A stretch of DNA of 56,707 nucleotides from Chloroflexota bacterium (GTDB taxonomy: Bacteria; Chloroflexota; Dehalococcoidia; Dehalococcoidales; G020351185), in the NCBI GenBank assembly GCA_043819155.1, contig JBDRFC010000009.1, positions 1 through 56,707 on the forward strand, in the 5' to 3' direction. This document shows, one piece after another, positions 9,760 to 20,662 of the stretch; position 1 is the first letter of the stretch; every line of letters begins with the position of its first letter. The notes beneath the pieces are model-generated. The model had not been told where the DNA came from, did no database searches, and saw only the letters and a list, made by a program, of their open reading frames with translations. The position numbers and the translations under genes are program-made.

Positions 9760-10395
9760 CTTCTTTTTAGCCTTTTTGCTCTTTTTTGCTTCTTCTTTTA
9801 TCGGCTTGCCCAGTATTTCATCAACAATGCCATATTCCACTGCCTGTACTGGATTGAGGTAGAAATCACGGTCGGTATCGTGTATTACCTTATCCATCGT
9901 CTGCCCGGTATGTTCTACCAGAATATTCCTTATTATCTCCTGCAACCTCAAAATTTCACGGGCGGCAATCTCAATATCAGACGCCTGCCCCTGGGCTCCG
10001 CCAACCGCCTGATGTAAATGAATCGTAGAGTTAGGCAGGGCAAATCTTTTACCCTTTGCTCCGGCACACAGGAGGACCGTTCCCATACTGGCTGCCATGC
10101 CGATGCAAATAGTAGATACATCGGGGCGTATCAACTGCATTGTGTCGTATATGGCAAGCCCGGATGCAATTACCCCACCAGGACAGTTTATAAACAGCTG
10201 GATGTCTTTATCCGGGTCTTCGCGTTCCAGGAAGAGAAGCTGGGCAATGGTGATATTAGCCACCTGGTCATTGATTGGCATACCCAGCATTATAATCCGC
10301 TCTTTAAGCAGCAATGAATAAATATCGTAAGCCCTCTCCCCCCTGGCTCCGCTTTCGATAACCATAGGGATTATATTTTCTGGTTTAATTATCAT
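9754..10395 (-). CDS. clpP: ATP-dependent Clp protease proteolytic subunit
   Basis: [18 protein letters not shown], catalytic GMAASMG (Ser) and IHLHQ (His) motifs. Lys-rich C-terminal tail ([10 protein letters not shown]). Overlaps tig by 4 nt and convergently overlaps the PfkB gene by 6 nt. Confidence 0.95.
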   Translation of the reverse strand: MIIKPENIIPMVIESGARGERAYDIYSLLLKERIIMLGMPINDQVANITIAQLLFLEREDPDKDIQLFINCPGGVIASGLAIYDTMQLIRPDVSTICIGMAASMGTVLLCAGAKGKRFALPNSTIHLHQAVGGAQGQASDIEIAAREILRLQEIIRNILVEHTGQTMDKVIHDTDRDFYLNPVQAVEYGIVDEILGKPIKEEAKKSKKAKKKS

Positions 10396-11714
10396 TTCAC
10401 CTCCTCCTGCTTTGTAATTTTCTTCTTGGTACTCTGGGCAATATCAACGAGTCTCTGTACTGCTTTTCGCGCAGTTATCACCTTTTTAATATAGCCTTTA
10501 CTATGTGGGGTATTGTAATAATTCTTTTGCTCTGCCTTCTTAGCGCCCGCATCCTGAATCATCATTTCAATCTCTGAATCTATCTCAGCATCGCTGACCT
10601 CAATATTCTCTGCTTCAGATACCTTGTCCAAAACCAGGCAACCACTAACTCTTTTAACAGCCAGAGGTCTGTACTCATCCTGCAATTCTTCCCTCGGCAT
10701 ATTTTCCATCATTTTTTCAAAGTGATCCTTATCCCTGGCACTCATACCCAATTGTTGCATATGCTGATTAATCATATAATTAACTTCCGTATCCACCATT
10801 ATAGAATGATATTCCAGTTCACTCTTTTCAACCAATGCTTCGATTACCTTATCTTCAAAATCAAATTTGGCTTTTTCTTCGGCATTACTTTTCAGGTCAT
10901 TCTTAATCCGCTCTTTAAGCTCGTCGATGTTTTTAATATCGGGCACGTTACTCTTTGCAAAATCATCGTTTATTTCTGGTAGTACCATTTCTTTTATCTC
11001 GATAATTTTAACTTTAAATAAAACCTCTTTTTCAGCCAGCTCTTTTTCATTGTAATTCTTTGACAGCTTTAAGTTGAACTTCTTTTCTTTACCCATCTCC
11101 ATTTTTAGCAGTTTCTCGGGAAAACCCGTAGCCGGGAAGCCCATGCCGCTGATTATTTGATAATCCGTAGCCTTTTCGTCAAAAATAGTCTTTCCGTCAA
11201 TAACCCCCTCAACATCAATGGTAACCATATCATTAACCTGTACCGGACGCTCTACCGGTTTATAAGTGGCACTTCTCTTGCGCAATTCCTCAATTACATT
11301 GTTTATTTCCTCTTCTTTGATTTTAACCTTTTCGGGCTTCATTTTAATCTTATTATAATCACCGATCTTTACAATCGGTTCCAGTGGCACATTCGCTTCG
11401 AATGTTAGCGGTTCTTTTTGAGTCAATTTTATATATGGCTCAGCTATAGGTTTGATATCCTGTTCTTTAATAGCACTTTTATAGGCTTCGGGCATCAAGC
11501 TATTCAGGGAATCTTCTATAAATTTGTCTTTGCCTATTTGCTGTTCTAATACAGACCTCGGCGCTTTTCCCTTGCGGAAGCCGGGTACCGCCGTCGTCTC
11601 AGCAAGCTTTTTATATGTTTTTTCCATAGCTTCCTCGACTTCGGCCGGTTCAAGTTCAATCGTTAAGAATGCTTCCCTGTTCTCAATTTTTTTGCTTAGT
11701 ACTTTCATTTTCAC
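10392..11714 (-). CDS. tig: Trigger factor
   Basis: 440 aa. Ribosome-binding signature GFRKGKAPR in the N-domain, central FKBP-like region, acidic C-terminal domain. Canonical tig-clpP order. Confidence 0.9.
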   Translation of the reverse strand: MKMKVLSKKIENREAFLTIELEPAEVEEAMEKTYKKLAETTAVPGFRKGKAPRSVLEQQIGKDKFIEDSLNSLMPEAYKSAIKEQDIKPIAEPYIKLTQKEPLTFEANVPLEPIVKIGDYNKIKMKPEKVKIKEEEINNVIEELRKRSATYKPVERPVQVNDMVTIDVEGVIDGKTIFDEKATDYQIISGMGFPATGFPEKLLKMEMGKEKKFNLKLSKNYNEKELAEKEVLFKVKIIEIKEMVLPEINDDFAKSNVPDIKNIDELKERIKNDLKSNAEEKAKFDFEDKVIEALVEKSELEYHSIMVDTEVNYMINQHMQQLGMSARDKDHFEKMMENMPREELQDEYRPLAVKRVSGCLVLDKVSEAENIEVSDAEIDSEIEMMIQDAGAKKAEQKNYYNTPHSKGYIKKVITARKAVQRLVDIAQSTKKKITKQEEVK

Positions 11715-11727
11715 CTCAATTATTTAT

Positions 11728-13521
11728 TTATTTTTCTCTTATGTAAAGGTGTAACTCAGAGAGTTGTTCTTCCGAAACTGGCGAAGGAGCATCGAATAAC
11801 ACGTCAACAGCGTTCTGATTCTTGGGGAATGGTATTACTTCCCGTATGGTCTCCTCCCCCGCCATTATCATCAAAATGCGGTCAATGCCGGCAGCTACTC
11901 CGCCATGAGGTGGAGCGCCGTAATTAAACGCTTCAAGTAGATGCCCGAAGCGTTGCTCCACATCATTATCACTATAGCCCATCAGTCGGAATACCCTTCG
12001 CTGGAGGTCACTTTTATGAATTCTTATGCTGCCGCCGGCTATTTCATAACCGTTTAGAACCATATCATAATGCCTGCCATGAGCCTTTTCCGGCGCGGTA
12101 TCCAGCAGCGGTATATCCTCATCTATGGGTGCCGTAAACGGGTGATGCATCGGCTGGTAGCAACCATCTACTTTGTTCCGTTCCAGCAACGGGAAGTTCT
12201 CAATAAAGACAAATGAATATACATCAGGGTCAGCCAGCTTTAAGCTGTAACCCATTTCAAGGCGCAGTTTACCTAGCACTGTGCTAATAGAAATATTATC
12301 ACCGGCAACAATAAGCAAGAGGTCACCGGCGTTTGCGCCCAGCCTTGCAGCCATTTCCTTTATCTGTTCTATGGTAATGTGCTTGGCAACCACCGATTTA
12401 ATGTCTTCAATAGTCAGTTCATCAAGGCTAGCCGCCGAGCTATCAAGCGATATGGTTACCAGTCCCTGTGCGCCAGCGTTCTTTGCCATTTCGTTTATTT
12501 CGTTAAGCTGGTGGCGCGAATAACCGGCACAGCCGGGGGCACATATACCTTTAACTTTGCCGCCATTATTTATGACATTTTTAAATATGGTGAATTCAGT
12601 TTGCCCGGCTATATCCGATACATCGCCTATTTTCATTCCGAAGCGCAGGTCGGGCTTGTCTGTGCCATAAAGCTCCATTGCTTCGGCGTAGTCCAGACGG
12701 GTAAAAGGCTTAATAAGTTTAATTTCCGGTTTTATAGCCTCTACGAGGCTGGTAAACAGCTCTTCAAGCAGGTTTAATATATCTTCTTCATCAATAAAAC
12801 TCATCTCGATATCAAGCTGGGTGAACTCTGGCTGTCGGTCAGCACGGGTATCTTCATCTCGGAAGCATTTGGCTATCTGGTAGTATTTCTCTACGCCGGC
12901 TACCATTAATAGCTGCTTCAATTGCTGTGGGGACTGGGGCAATGCATAGAATTTGCCGGGGTAAACGCGACTGGGCACCAGGTAATCGCGGGCACCTTCC
13001 GGCGTGCTCTTTATGAGTATCGGTGTCTCTATATCAATAAAACCTCTGTCGTTCAGGAAATCCCGCATAAATTTTACAACACGGTGCCTCAGAACGAGGT
13101 TTTTTTTCATATGAGGCCGCCTGAGGTCAAGATAGCGGTATTTAAGGCGGAGGTTTTCATCTACCTCTGCATCTTCATTTATATAGAAGGGTGGCGTTTT
13201 TGACTCGTTTAATATCTCAATACTATCGGCGATAATCTCAATATCACCGCTTGCCAGTTTTTTATTTTCAGTACCGGGTGGACGCAGGGCTACCTCGCCG
13301 CTGGTGCTGATAACATACTCATTTCGCAGGCTACTGGCAATATCATGGCATTTTTTTGATTTCTCCGGATTAAATACAACCTGCACTAAGCCTTCTCTGT
13401 CACGCAGGTCAATAAATATCAGCCCGCCATGGTCTCGTCGACGTTCGACCCAACCTGCCAGGGTTACTTTCTGTCCTTGATTATCTTTATTCAGTTGACT
13501 ACAGGTATGACTTCTAATCAA
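11728..13521 (-). CDS. aspS: Aspartate--tRNA ligase
   Basis: Class IIb signatures (FIDLRDREG, FYALPQSPQ, FRDEDTRADRQPEFTQLD, GGSIRIH, GAPPHGG.A.G.DR) with a bacterial insertion domain. The track start is TTG at 13551, but that lies about at the TSS predicted from the promoter below. A second TTG at 13521 is preceded by GGAG with an 8-nt spacer and gives M-IRSHTC, the usual AspRS N-terminus. Confidence 0.9.
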   Translation of the reverse strand: MIRSHTCSQLNKDNQGQKVTLAGWVERRRDHGGLIFIDLRDREGLVQVVFNPEKSKKCHDIASSLRNEYVISTSGEVALRPPGTENKKLASGDIEIIADSIEILNESKTPPFYINEDAEVDENLRLKYRYLDLRRPHMKKNLVLRHRVVKFMRDFLNDRGFIDIETPILIKSTPEGARDYLVPSRVYPGKFYALPQSPQQLKQLLMVAGVEKYYQIAKCFRDEDTRADRQPEFTQLDIEMSFIDEEDILNLLEELFTSLVEAIKPEIKLIKPFTRLDYAEAMELYGTDKPDLRFGMKIGDVSDIAGQTEFTIFKNVINNGGKVKGICAPGCAGYSRHQLNEINEMAKNAGAQGLVTISLDSSAASLDELTIEDIKSVVAKHITIEQIKEMAARLGANAGDLLLIVAGDNISISTVLGKLRLEMGYSLKLADPDVYSFVFIENFPLLERNKVDGCYQPMHHPFTAPIDEDIPLLDTAPEKAHGRHYDMVLNGYEIAGGSIRIHKSDLQRRVFRLMGYSDNDVEQRFGHLLEAFNYGAPPHGGVAAGIDRILMIMAGEETIREVIPFPKNQNAVDVLFDAPSPVSEEQLSELHLYIREK

Positions 13522-13556
13522 AAGCCCAACTCCAGAGGAGATAATATTCAAAGCTA

Positions 13557-13585
13557 ATTATATCTTACGCAGCCATAATCTTCAA
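13557..13585 (-). promoter_or_regulatory. Putative sigma-70 promoter of aspS-tig-clpP
   Basis: Minus strand reads TTGAAG, 17 nt, TATAAT (-35 at 13585..13580, -10 at 13562..13557). Confidence 0.45.
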
Positions 13586-13629
13586 ATGAAACCTTTAATA
13601 TAACCGGTTGCATAGTACAGTTTTTATTT

Positions 13630-13956
13630 CTATTTTACCTCGTAAGAGCCAAGTATAAAATCAAGGTCATCCAGAAAAGAAACAACTTTATCCCTGGAGA
13701 ATAGACCATCATCTATATCAAGCAGTAGTTTGGTCTCACCCCTTGCCGAGCCTATTATGTGGCCTCGGATGCATTCTTTAGCCTGCATCTTAAATGTTAA
13801 AGTACCACGAGAAATATATGATGATGAATCATCAGGCAGGGAATAGGTTTCCATTTTTGACTGATCTATGACAGCGCCCTGTTTTATAATAAGGTCTTTA
13901 AGTTCATCAAAAAGTAGTTCCGGTCTTATATCCCTGTATTTCTTTTTAATTTGCAT
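13630..13956 (-). CDS. Hypothetical protein (108 aa)
   Basis: Intact ORF with coding-like composition and no motif I recognise. I prefer the second ATG (13956) because the first four codons (ATG GAG GTA TAT) themselves form a GGAGG SD 5 nt upstream of it. Confidence 0.5.
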   Translation of the reverse strand: MQIKKKYRDIRPELLFDELKDLIIKQGAVIDQSKMETYSLPDDSSSYISRGTLTFKMQAKECIRGHIIGSARGETKLLLDIDDGLFSRDKVVSFLDDLDFILGSYEVK

Positions 13957-14055
13957 ATATACCTCCATTCATGTAAAAATTATTTTATTCTTCATTATAA
14001 TAATACCGCTATTATTTGCAAGCCGTCTAGTTTAAGCCTAAAATAAATTATATAC

Positions 14056-14085
14056 TTGACCGAATAATCGTTATTACCTTATAAT
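14056..14085 (+). promoter_or_regulatory. Putative sigma-70 promoter of the Wood-Ljungdahl array
   Basis: TTGACC (14056..14061), 18 nt, TATAAT (14080..14085) in the AT-rich 257-bp gap. It leaves a leader of about 135 nt before cooC. Confidence 0.4.
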
Positions 14086-14099
14086 TAGGGTTTCATATT

Positions 14100-14113
14100 A
14101 ATGATATATCATT
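14100..14113. promoter_or_regulatory. Perfect 14-bp palindrome AATGATATATCATT (operator candidate)
   Basis: Self-complementary. It begins 15 nt downstream of the putative -10, so it would cover the start of the transcript. Confidence 0.3.
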
Positions 14114-14225
14114 CATTGATTTCTGCACTATGCCATATACCATCAACTTATAGCCGACAATAATCTTAATTATAGGCTTCATGTTCTTGAAAATCAGTTA
14201 TATTAAGTGAAAAGAAGGAATTATT

Positions 14226-15014
14226 ATGAAGATTGCTATTAGCGGCAAAGGTGGCGTTGGCAAAACGCTGCTGGCATCCCTCCTTGCCGGGATATTTTCT
14301 GATTCAGGTTATTCTGTCATAGCTATAGACGCTGATCCCGATGCCAACCTGGCAACCTCTCTCGGTTTCACTGATGCTATCAATATTATCCCTATATCAG
14401 AAATGAAGGAACTTATTGCTGAACGCACGGAAACCGTGGCTGGCAAGTCTGGGCCTTACTTTAAAATTAATCCCAGGGTTGATGATATACCGGAAAAGTA
14501 TTCTGTAAAGCACGGCAATATAAGGCTTCTAATCATGGGACAGGTCAAAAAGGGTGGCAGCGGTTGCTATTGCCCTGAAAATGCCCTGCTGGGTGCCCTT
14601 CTTGCCCATCTGCTTATAGCAAGAGACGAGGTGGTCATTCTTGATATGGCGGCAGGCATTGAACACTTAGGGCGTGGGACGGCAAAGGCTGTAGATAAAC
14701 TAATCATTGTTGTAGAACCCGGCAGGGGTAGCATTGAAACAACCTACAGGATAGAAAAGTTGGCAAAGGACATCGGGCTTACCAACATTGCCCTTGTCGG
14801 TAATAAAATAAATAATCAATCTGAGAAGGATTTCTTGACCTCCAGTCTTAAAGGATTTGATTTCCTTGGTTTTATCCCCTATGACGCATCTATTATGCAG
14901 GCTGAAATAAATAACTTGCCTTTGCTCAACGCCAGCAAGAAAATAACTGCCGAAGCCAAAGAAATCTATAAAAACCTTATCACAGAGGATAAAAAGGGAG
15001 ATAAGATAGTATGA
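14226..15014 (+). CDS. cooC: CooC/AcsF-type Ni-insertion ATPase (copy 1)
   Basis: Deviant Walker A GKGGVGKT at the N-terminus and CxC metal motif GSGCYCPEN. MinD/ParA-like fold. First gene of the acs array. Confidence 0.9.
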   Translation: MKIAISGKGGVGKTLLASLLAGIFSDSGYSVIAIDADPDANLATSLGFTDAINIIPISEMKELIAERTETVAGKSGPYFKINPRVDDIPEKYSVKHGNIRLLIMGQVKKGGSGCYCPENALLGALLAHLLIARDEVVILDMAAGIEHLGRGTAKAVDKLIIVVEPGRGSIETTYRIEKLAKDIGLTNIALVGNKINNQSEKDFLTSSLKGFDFLGFIPYDASIMQAEINNLPLLNASKKITAEAKEIYKNLITEDKKGDKIV

Positions 15015-16792
15015 CAAAGTTTGACATCACATCACTGGATGCAACCAAGCTGAAGGACTGGCAGATTGCCGAAGAAGCCGAAAAGTATATAAAACCCGTT
15101 CAGCAACTGGCTGATGAATGGGGTATTAAAAAAGAAGAGCTTCTACCCTATGGGCACTACCTTGGTAAGGTAGATTTTGCCGCCATTGTTGAGCGGTTGA
15201 AGGATAGACCTAATGCCAAATACATTGATGTTACCGCCATAACCCCTACGCCTTTGGGAGAGGGCAAAAGCACCACTGCTATGGGAATTGTTCCCGGATT
15301 GGCAAAGAGAGGTAAAAATGTATCCGGCGCTATCCGCCAGCCTTCCGGTGGGCCTACTTTTAATATAAAGGGCAGTGCCGCCGGCGGTGGTTTGTCTCAA
15401 TGTATACCGCTGACCCCTTTCTCTCTGGGGCTTACAGGTGATATAGATAATGTAACAAACGCTCACAATCTGGCTATGGTGGCATTAACCGCACGTATTC
15501 AACACGAATTTATAAATACCGATGAGTTCCTGGAAAAAAGGAATCTTAAACGGCTTAATATAGACCCGCGTAATGTTGAGATGAAGTGGATTATGGATTT
15601 CTGTGCTCAGGCTCTGCGGGATATTGTTATCGGCATCGGCGGTAAGATGGACGGCTTTATGATGCGCTCCGGCTTTGCCATATCGGTAAGCTCAGAGGTT
15701 ATGGCAATACTTTCTGTCTTTACAAGCCTCAGAGACCTCCGCCAGCGGATGTCGAAGATTGTCGTTGCCTATGATAAACAGGGTAACCCGATTACAACAA
15801 AAGACCTTGAGGTTGATGGGGCCATGACTGCCTGGATGGTAAAAGCGGCTAACCCTAACTTATTGCAATCCCTGGAGGGTCAACCGGTGCTTGTTCACGC
15901 CGGACCCTTCGCCAATATTGCCGTCGGCCAGTCGTCAATAGTTGCCGACCAGGTAGCATTAAAGCTTTCTGACTATCATGTCACCGAAAGCGGTTTTGGT
16001 GCTGATATCGGTTTTGAAAAGTTCTGGAATATAAAGTGCCGCATCAGTGGTTTAATACCCAACTGCGCCGTTATCGTAGCTACTGTAAGGGCTCTCAAAA
16101 TGCATGGCGGCGGACCAAAGGTGGTTCCCGGCAAGCCACTTGACGCTGCCTATACCAAAGAGAGTGTTGAGCTTGTAGAAAAGGGCTGTACCAATCTTAT
16201 TGCCCACATAGAAACGGTTAAAAAGTCCGGCGTAAATCCAGTGGTTTGTATTAACAGCTTTCATACCGATACTAAAAATGAGATTAACGCTGTAAAAAGG
16301 CTGGCTGAACAGGCCGGCGCCAGGGTTGCTGTATCCGAGCACTGGCTCAAGGGTGGCGCCGGTGCACTGGAGCTGGCTGATGCCGTAATCGATGCCTGTG
16401 AAGATAAAGTTGACTTTAAGCTGCTTTATGAGGATAGTGTGCCCCTGCGCCAGAGGATTGAAACAGTCGCCAGGGAAGTATACGGAGCAGATGGAGTCAC
16501 CTATTCTCCTGAGGCTCAGGCTAAAGCCGAAAGAATTGAAAAAGATCCCAATATGCCGAATATGGCTACCTGTATGGTAAAAACGCACTTGAGCCTGAGC
16601 CACGATCCAAATATAAAAGGGCGCCCCAAAGGCTGGACGCTGCCCATCAGGGATATACTAACCTATGGTGGTGCAGGTTTTATCGTGCCTGTGTCGGGTG
16701 ATATCAAGCTCATGCCGGGAACCTCATCCGACCCGGCGTTCAGAAGAATAGATGTAGATGTAGAGACAGGAAAGGTAAAAGGACTGTTTTAA
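15011..16792 (+). CDS. fhs: Formate--tetrahydrofolate ligase
   Basis: 593 aa. Signatures [33 protein letters not shown] and [10 protein letters not shown]. The ATG overlaps the cooC stop (ATGA). Confidence 0.95.
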   Translation: MTKFDITSLDATKLKDWQIAEEAEKYIKPVQQLADEWGIKKEELLPYGHYLGKVDFAAIVERLKDRPNAKYIDVTAITPTPLGEGKSTTAMGIVPGLAKRGKNVSGAIRQPSGGPTFNIKGSAAGGGLSQCIPLTPFSLGLTGDIDNVTNAHNLAMVALTARIQHEFINTDEFLEKRNLKRLNIDPRNVEMKWIMDFCAQALRDIVIGIGGKMDGFMMRSGFAISVSSEVMAILSVFTSLRDLRQRMSKIVVAYDKQGNPITTKDLEVDGAMTAWMVKAANPNLLQSLEGQPVLVHAGPFANIAVGQSSIVADQVALKLSDYHVTESGFGADIGFEKFWNIKCRISGLIPNCAVIVATVRALKMHGGGPKVVPGKPLDAAYTKESVELVEKGCTNLIAHIETVKKSGVNPVVCINSFHTDTKNEINAVKRLAEQAGARVAVSEHWLKGGAGALELADAVIDACEDKVDFKLLYEDSVPLRQRIETVAREVYGADGVTYSPEAQAKAERIEKDPNMPNMATCMVKTHLSLSHDPNIKGRPKGWTLPIRDILTYGGAGFIVPVSGDIKLMPGTSSDPAFRRIDVDVETGKVKGLF

Positions 16793-16809
16793 AAATATAA
16801 GGTAGTGTA

Positions 16810-18732
16810 ATGGCAGATAGTTCAGAACATAAAAAATATACAGTCCACTTTGAACCCGATAATATTGATATTGTCGTTGGAAAGGGCGCAAACCTGATGG
16901 AAGCGGCTGTAGATGCCGGAGTTCATATCAACGCCTCCTGCGGTGGCGCCGGTGTCTGTGGTACCTGCAACGTGCTGATTAAAAGCGGTCAGGTAGAAAG
17001 CCCCAGAACTGATAAAGTATCCGACAAGGATTATAAAAAGGGTATAAGGCAGTCCTGCCAAAGCCGAATACTCTCTGATTTGATTATTGAAATCCCGGCA
17101 GAGTCAAGGCTGGAAAAGGCCGTTCTTACCAGAGAGATTGAGGATATAACATCTAAAGCGCAAGCAGCACTGGTTAGCGGCTGGCGCTTTGACCCTCCGG
17201 TAAAAAAGCTATATCTTGAACTAACTGCCCCGACACTGGAAGATAACATTGATGACCTTTCCCGTCTGCTAAGAGGCATAAAGCGGCAATATAAACTTGA
17301 TAACATATCTGTTGATTTTGATGTATTGCCAGGGTTGGCTCAAATACTGCGCGCCGGCATCTGGCAGGTTACAGCTACCATTCTGATGGATGAAAATATT
17401 TCAAAACTTATTAATATTGAGGCGGGTGATAGCAGAACCAGGCACTATGCCCTTGCTTTTGATATCGGTACTACGGCGGTGCGCGGGCAATTATTAGACC
17501 TGAACAAAGGCAGGGTAATAACCCATGCCATAGAATACAACCGCCAGATAAGCTACGGCGAAGATGTCATCAGCCGTATAGCCTGGTCTCAAAAAACGGG
17601 TGGCCTTAAAAGGCTTCAGCAGGCGGTTATCGCTACCATAAACGATATGAATGGTAAGTTAATTGATTCGGCAGGGATAGAAGTTAAAGATGTTTCACAC
17701 ATAGTTGTTGCCGCCAATACGGTAATGGTTCAACTTCTCTTGGGAATTGACCCAAAATACCTTCGCCTTTCTCCCTACGTGCCGACAGTTAGCACGGTGC
17801 CCCTGTTAAAGGCAAAATCCATAGGTATCAATACAGGAGAACACGTTTACCTGTATGCCGTTCCTTCGGTAGCAAGTTATGTCGGCGGAGATATAGTCTC
17901 CGGCATACTTGGAGCCGGTGTCCATCAAAGGGAGGAGACGACTCTATATATAGACATCGGTACAAATGGCGAGATAGTGATTGGCAATTCAGATCTAATG
18001 CTAACCGCTTCCTGTTCTGCCGGGCCTACCTTCGAGGGTGGTGGTATAAAACACGGCATGATAGCCACACCGGGTGCCATAGAAGGCTTTGATATAAACC
18101 CTTCAAATCTTGAACCGGTAATTACAACCATAGATAACGCAAAAGCAAAGGGAATCTGTGGCTCAGGACTTATAAACATAGCTGCTGCATTGCTTAAAGC
18201 CGGTGTCGTCACGCAGAACGGAAAATTCAATACCGATTTGCCGACAGATAGAATCAGGGAAGGCGAAGACGGTTATGAGTATATCCTTGCTAATGCAGCG
18301 GATACCCAGATTGGTAAGGATATTGTCATTACCGAAATAGATATGGATAACCTTATACGTTCAAAGGCGGCAATGTATGCCGGTTATAAGACATTGATTA
18401 AAAGCATAGGTTCAAAATTAGCAGACATAGAACGTGTGATTATCGCCGGTACATTCGGCAGCAATCTAAATATTGAAAACGCCATAACTATCGGTCTTCT
18501 GCCTGACCTTCCCCGCGATAGGTATATCTTCATTGGCAACGGCTCACTACTGGGGGCTAGATTAATCTCTTTTTCTTCTGATTTGCTTCGTGATGGAGAG
18601 AGGGTGGCCGGCATGATGACCAACATTGAGCTATCTGAGAATACTGATTTTATGTCAAATTATATGGCGGCTCTGTTTTTGCCGCATACGAACGCCGATG
18701 AGTTCCCATCGGTAATAATTAAAAAAGGATAG
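16810..18732 (+). CDS. Corrinoid Fe-S protein reductive activator (RACo-type: 2Fe-2S ferredoxin domain plus ASKHA ATPase)
   Basis: N-terminal plant-type ferredoxin motif (CGGAGVCGTCNV...C) followed by an ASKHA/acetate-kinase-like fold with DIGTTAV and DIGTNGE phosphate motifs. Its size and its context inside an acs cluster match RACo. Confidence 0.8.
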   Translation: MADSSEHKKYTVHFEPDNIDIVVGKGANLMEAAVDAGVHINASCGGAGVCGTCNVLIKSGQVESPRTDKVSDKDYKKGIRQSCQSRILSDLIIEIPAESRLEKAVLTREIEDITSKAQAALVSGWRFDPPVKKLYLELTAPTLEDNIDDLSRLLRGIKRQYKLDNISVDFDVLPGLAQILRAGIWQVTATILMDENISKLINIEAGDSRTRHYALAFDIGTTAVRGQLLDLNKGRVITHAIEYNRQISYGEDVISRIAWSQKTGGLKRLQQAVIATINDMNGKLIDSAGIEVKDVSHIVVAANTVMVQLLLGIDPKYLRLSPYVPTVSTVPLLKAKSIGINTGEHVYLYAVPSVASYVGGDIVSGILGAGVHQREETTLYIDIGTNGEIVIGNSDLMLTASCSAGPTFEGGGIKHGMIATPGAIEGFDINPSNLEPVITTIDNAKAKGICGSGLINIAAALLKAGVVTQNGKFNTDLPTDRIREGEDGYEYILANAADTQIGKDIVITEIDMDNLIRSKAAMYAGYKTLIKSIGSKLADIERVIIAGTFGSNLNIENAITIGLLPDLPRDRYIFIGNGSLLGARLISFSSDLLRDGERVAGMMTNIELSENTDFMSNYMAALFLPHTNADEFPSVIIKKG

Positions 18733-18737
18733 ATATT

Positions 18738-19499
18738 TTGAGTTTCTCTATTGCTATAGCCGGCAAGGGTGGCAGCGGTAAAACTTCAACCGCCAGCCTG
18801 ATTATTCGTTATCTTAAAAGAAAGGCTCTGGTTCCCGTCCTTGCGGTTGACGCTGATGGTAACGCCAACCTGGGAGAGAGCCTGGGGCTTACTGTCGATA
18901 GAACAATCGGTTCTATTATAGCCTCTTTTAACGACGACAAAATAAGCATACCCGGCGGCCTTACAAAGGGGGCCTACCTTGAACTGAAACTGCATGAAGC
19001 CATCATTGAAAGCGCAGGGCTTGACCTTATTTCAATGGGGCGGGGGGAAGGTACCGGCTGTTACTGCTACCCAAATACCCTGCTCAAGAAATTTATTGAT
19101 GAGCTTAAAGGAAACTACGCCTATATGGTTTTGGATAACGAAGCCGGCATGGAGCACCTGAGCCGCCGCACCACCGAAAATATAGATGAACTTTTTATTA
19201 TTTCAGACCATTCAGTAAAGGGAGTGCGAACGGCTGCGCGAATCATAGAGCTTATAGAGGAATTGAAGCTAGTGATAGGCAGGCAATCGGTGGTTATAAA
19301 CCGCGTTCCTCAGGCAATGGATAGCCATGTTATCCAGGAACTTGAACAATTTAATATAAAACCGATAGCTAACATACCGCTGGATGACGAAATCCTTAAA
19401 TATGACCTTGAGAAGAGGTCGCTTCTTGACCTGCCCGATACCTCAAAGGCAGTAAAAGCGGTCGGTAAGTTAATGGATGCGGTTCTGGATAAAGAATGA
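18738..19499 (+). CDS. cooC: CooC/AcsF-type Ni-insertion ATPase (copy 2)
   Basis: GKGGSGKT Walker A and GTGCYCYPN CxC motif. Paralog of 14226..15014. TTG start 8 nt after AAAGGA. I cannot tell which copy serves CODH and which serves ACS. Confidence 0.85.
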   Translation: MSFSIAIAGKGGSGKTSTASLIIRYLKRKALVPVLAVDADGNANLGESLGLTVDRTIGSIIASFNDDKISIPGGLTKGAYLELKLHEAIIESAGLDLISMGRGEGTGCYCYPNTLLKKFIDELKGNYAYMVLDNEAGMEHLSRRTTENIDELFIISDHSVKGVRTAARIIELIEELKLVIGRQSVVINRVPQAMDSHVIQELEQFNIKPIANIPLDDEILKYDLEKRSLLDLPDTSKAVKAVGKLMDAVLDKE

Positions 19500-19524
19500 T
19501 TCCCGTAAACTATAAGGAGGCAAA

Positions 19525-20415
19525 ATGACTGCAGAAATTATCAGCGGCACCGCTATTTCAAAACAAATCCGCGAAGAACTCAAGCAAGAAGTTGCTCAAT
19601 TAAAAGAAAGGCATAATATTATACCGGGTTTGGCAACTGTTCTCGTCGGTGAAGACCCGGCATCACAATCGTATGTCGGCTCAAAGGTTAGAACATGCAA
19701 CGAGCTGGGTATTTATTCAGAAAGGCATGACCTGCCTGATGATACCGACGAACAGACGCTGCTGGCTCTCATTGATAGATTGAATAAAGACCCTAATATT
19801 AACGGCATCCTTGTACAATTGCCGCTACCCAAAAAAATTAATGAAAACAATATAATCATAGCCATCGACCCCAGGAAGGATGTCGATGGCTTCCACCCGA
19901 TAAATATCGGCAAGCTGATGATAGGCAAACCTGACTATCTTCCCTGCACCCCGCATGGTATTCAGGAACTCCTTATCCGCTCCGGTATAGAAACCGAAGG
20001 TGCTGACGTTGTCGTTATCGGCAGAAGCAATATAGTCGGTAAACCGATTGCAAATATATTGATGCAAAAAAGAGCCGGTGCTAACGCCACCGTTACCGTA
20101 TGCCACACCAAGACACGCGACCTTGTCTCTCATACACGGCGGGCAGATATACTTATAGTCGCCGCCGGCGGAAAACCGAAAGCTATTACGGCCGACATGA
20201 TAAAGAAAGGGGCAGTCGTAATAGATGTTGGCGTTCACCGCATAGGTAAAACAAAAGAGGGTAAAAACATCCTTTGCGGCGATGTTGACTTTGAATCGGT
20301 AAAAGAGAAAGCCAAGGCAATTACACCTGTTCCCGGTGGCGTAGGCCCGATGACCATAGTGATGCTCATGACAAATACGGTAAAGTCGGCTAAGTTAGCC
20401 GCCGGACTTCTATAA
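19525..20415 (+). CDS. folD: Bifunctional methylene-THF dehydrogenase / methenyl-THF cyclohydrolase
   Basis: Signatures PGLATVLVGEDPASQSYV, GILVQLPLP, DVDGFHP, GRSNIVGKP and PVPGGVGPMT. AGGAGG SD. Confidence 0.95.
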   Translation: MTAEIISGTAISKQIREELKQEVAQLKERHNIIPGLATVLVGEDPASQSYVGSKVRTCNELGIYSERHDLPDDTDEQTLLALIDRLNKDPNINGILVQLPLPKKINENNIIIAIDPRKDVDGFHPINIGKLMIGKPDYLPCTPHGIQELLIRSGIETEGADVVVIGRSNIVGKPIANILMQKRAGANATVTVCHTKTRDLVSHTRRADILIVAAGGKPKAITADMIKKGAVVIDVGVHRIGKTKEGKNILCGDVDFESVKEKAKAITPVPGGVGPMTIVMLMTNTVKSAKLAAGLL

Positions 20416-20494
20416 TTTCTTGTTTTTATCTTTTTTCAATTTCTCTTATAATATAATAAGATACTTGTAAATATATCTCTTCAAGGAGAGTGTT

Positions 20495-20662
20495 ATGGAA
20501 TACAAAATGGAAGAAAAGAGCGCACCCGGTCGGGGTAAGGTAAAGGTGTTGGCAGAAACCTATGAAGAAGGCAAGCCTGAAGGCGCGGACAGCGGTAGAT
20601 GGCTTTGTAAGTTAAGAAACAGACAGGAAAAGATAAGATATCTTAAATCCAGTACAAAGTAG
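20495..20662 (+). CDS. Unannotated 55-aa sORF (MEYKMEEKSAPGRGKVKVLAETYEEGKPEGADSGRWLCKLRNRQEKIRYLKSSTK)
   Basis: Below the 60-aa cut-off of the supplied track. AAGGAG lies 5-6 nt upstream of the ATG. The sequence is GC-richer and more coding-like than the flanking AT-rich spacer. It lies between folD and acsD on the same strand. No recognisable family. Confidence 0.4.
   Translation: MEYKMEEKSAPGRGKVKVLAETYEEGKPEGADSGRWLCKLRNRQEKIRYLKSSTK

Noticed and set aside
9754-10395. clpP is not followed by clpX, as in the common tig-clpP-clpX arrangement.
   Set aside because: Gene order varies widely between phyla, and clpX may simply be elsewhere. Not informative from this window.
13552-13629. Looked for T-box leaders upstream of aspS, and upstream of tyrS at 49892..49947.
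   Set aside because: The gaps of 78 and 56 nt are far too short for a T-box of about 200 nt, and no T-box sequence (AAnnnGGGTGGnACCGCG) is present.
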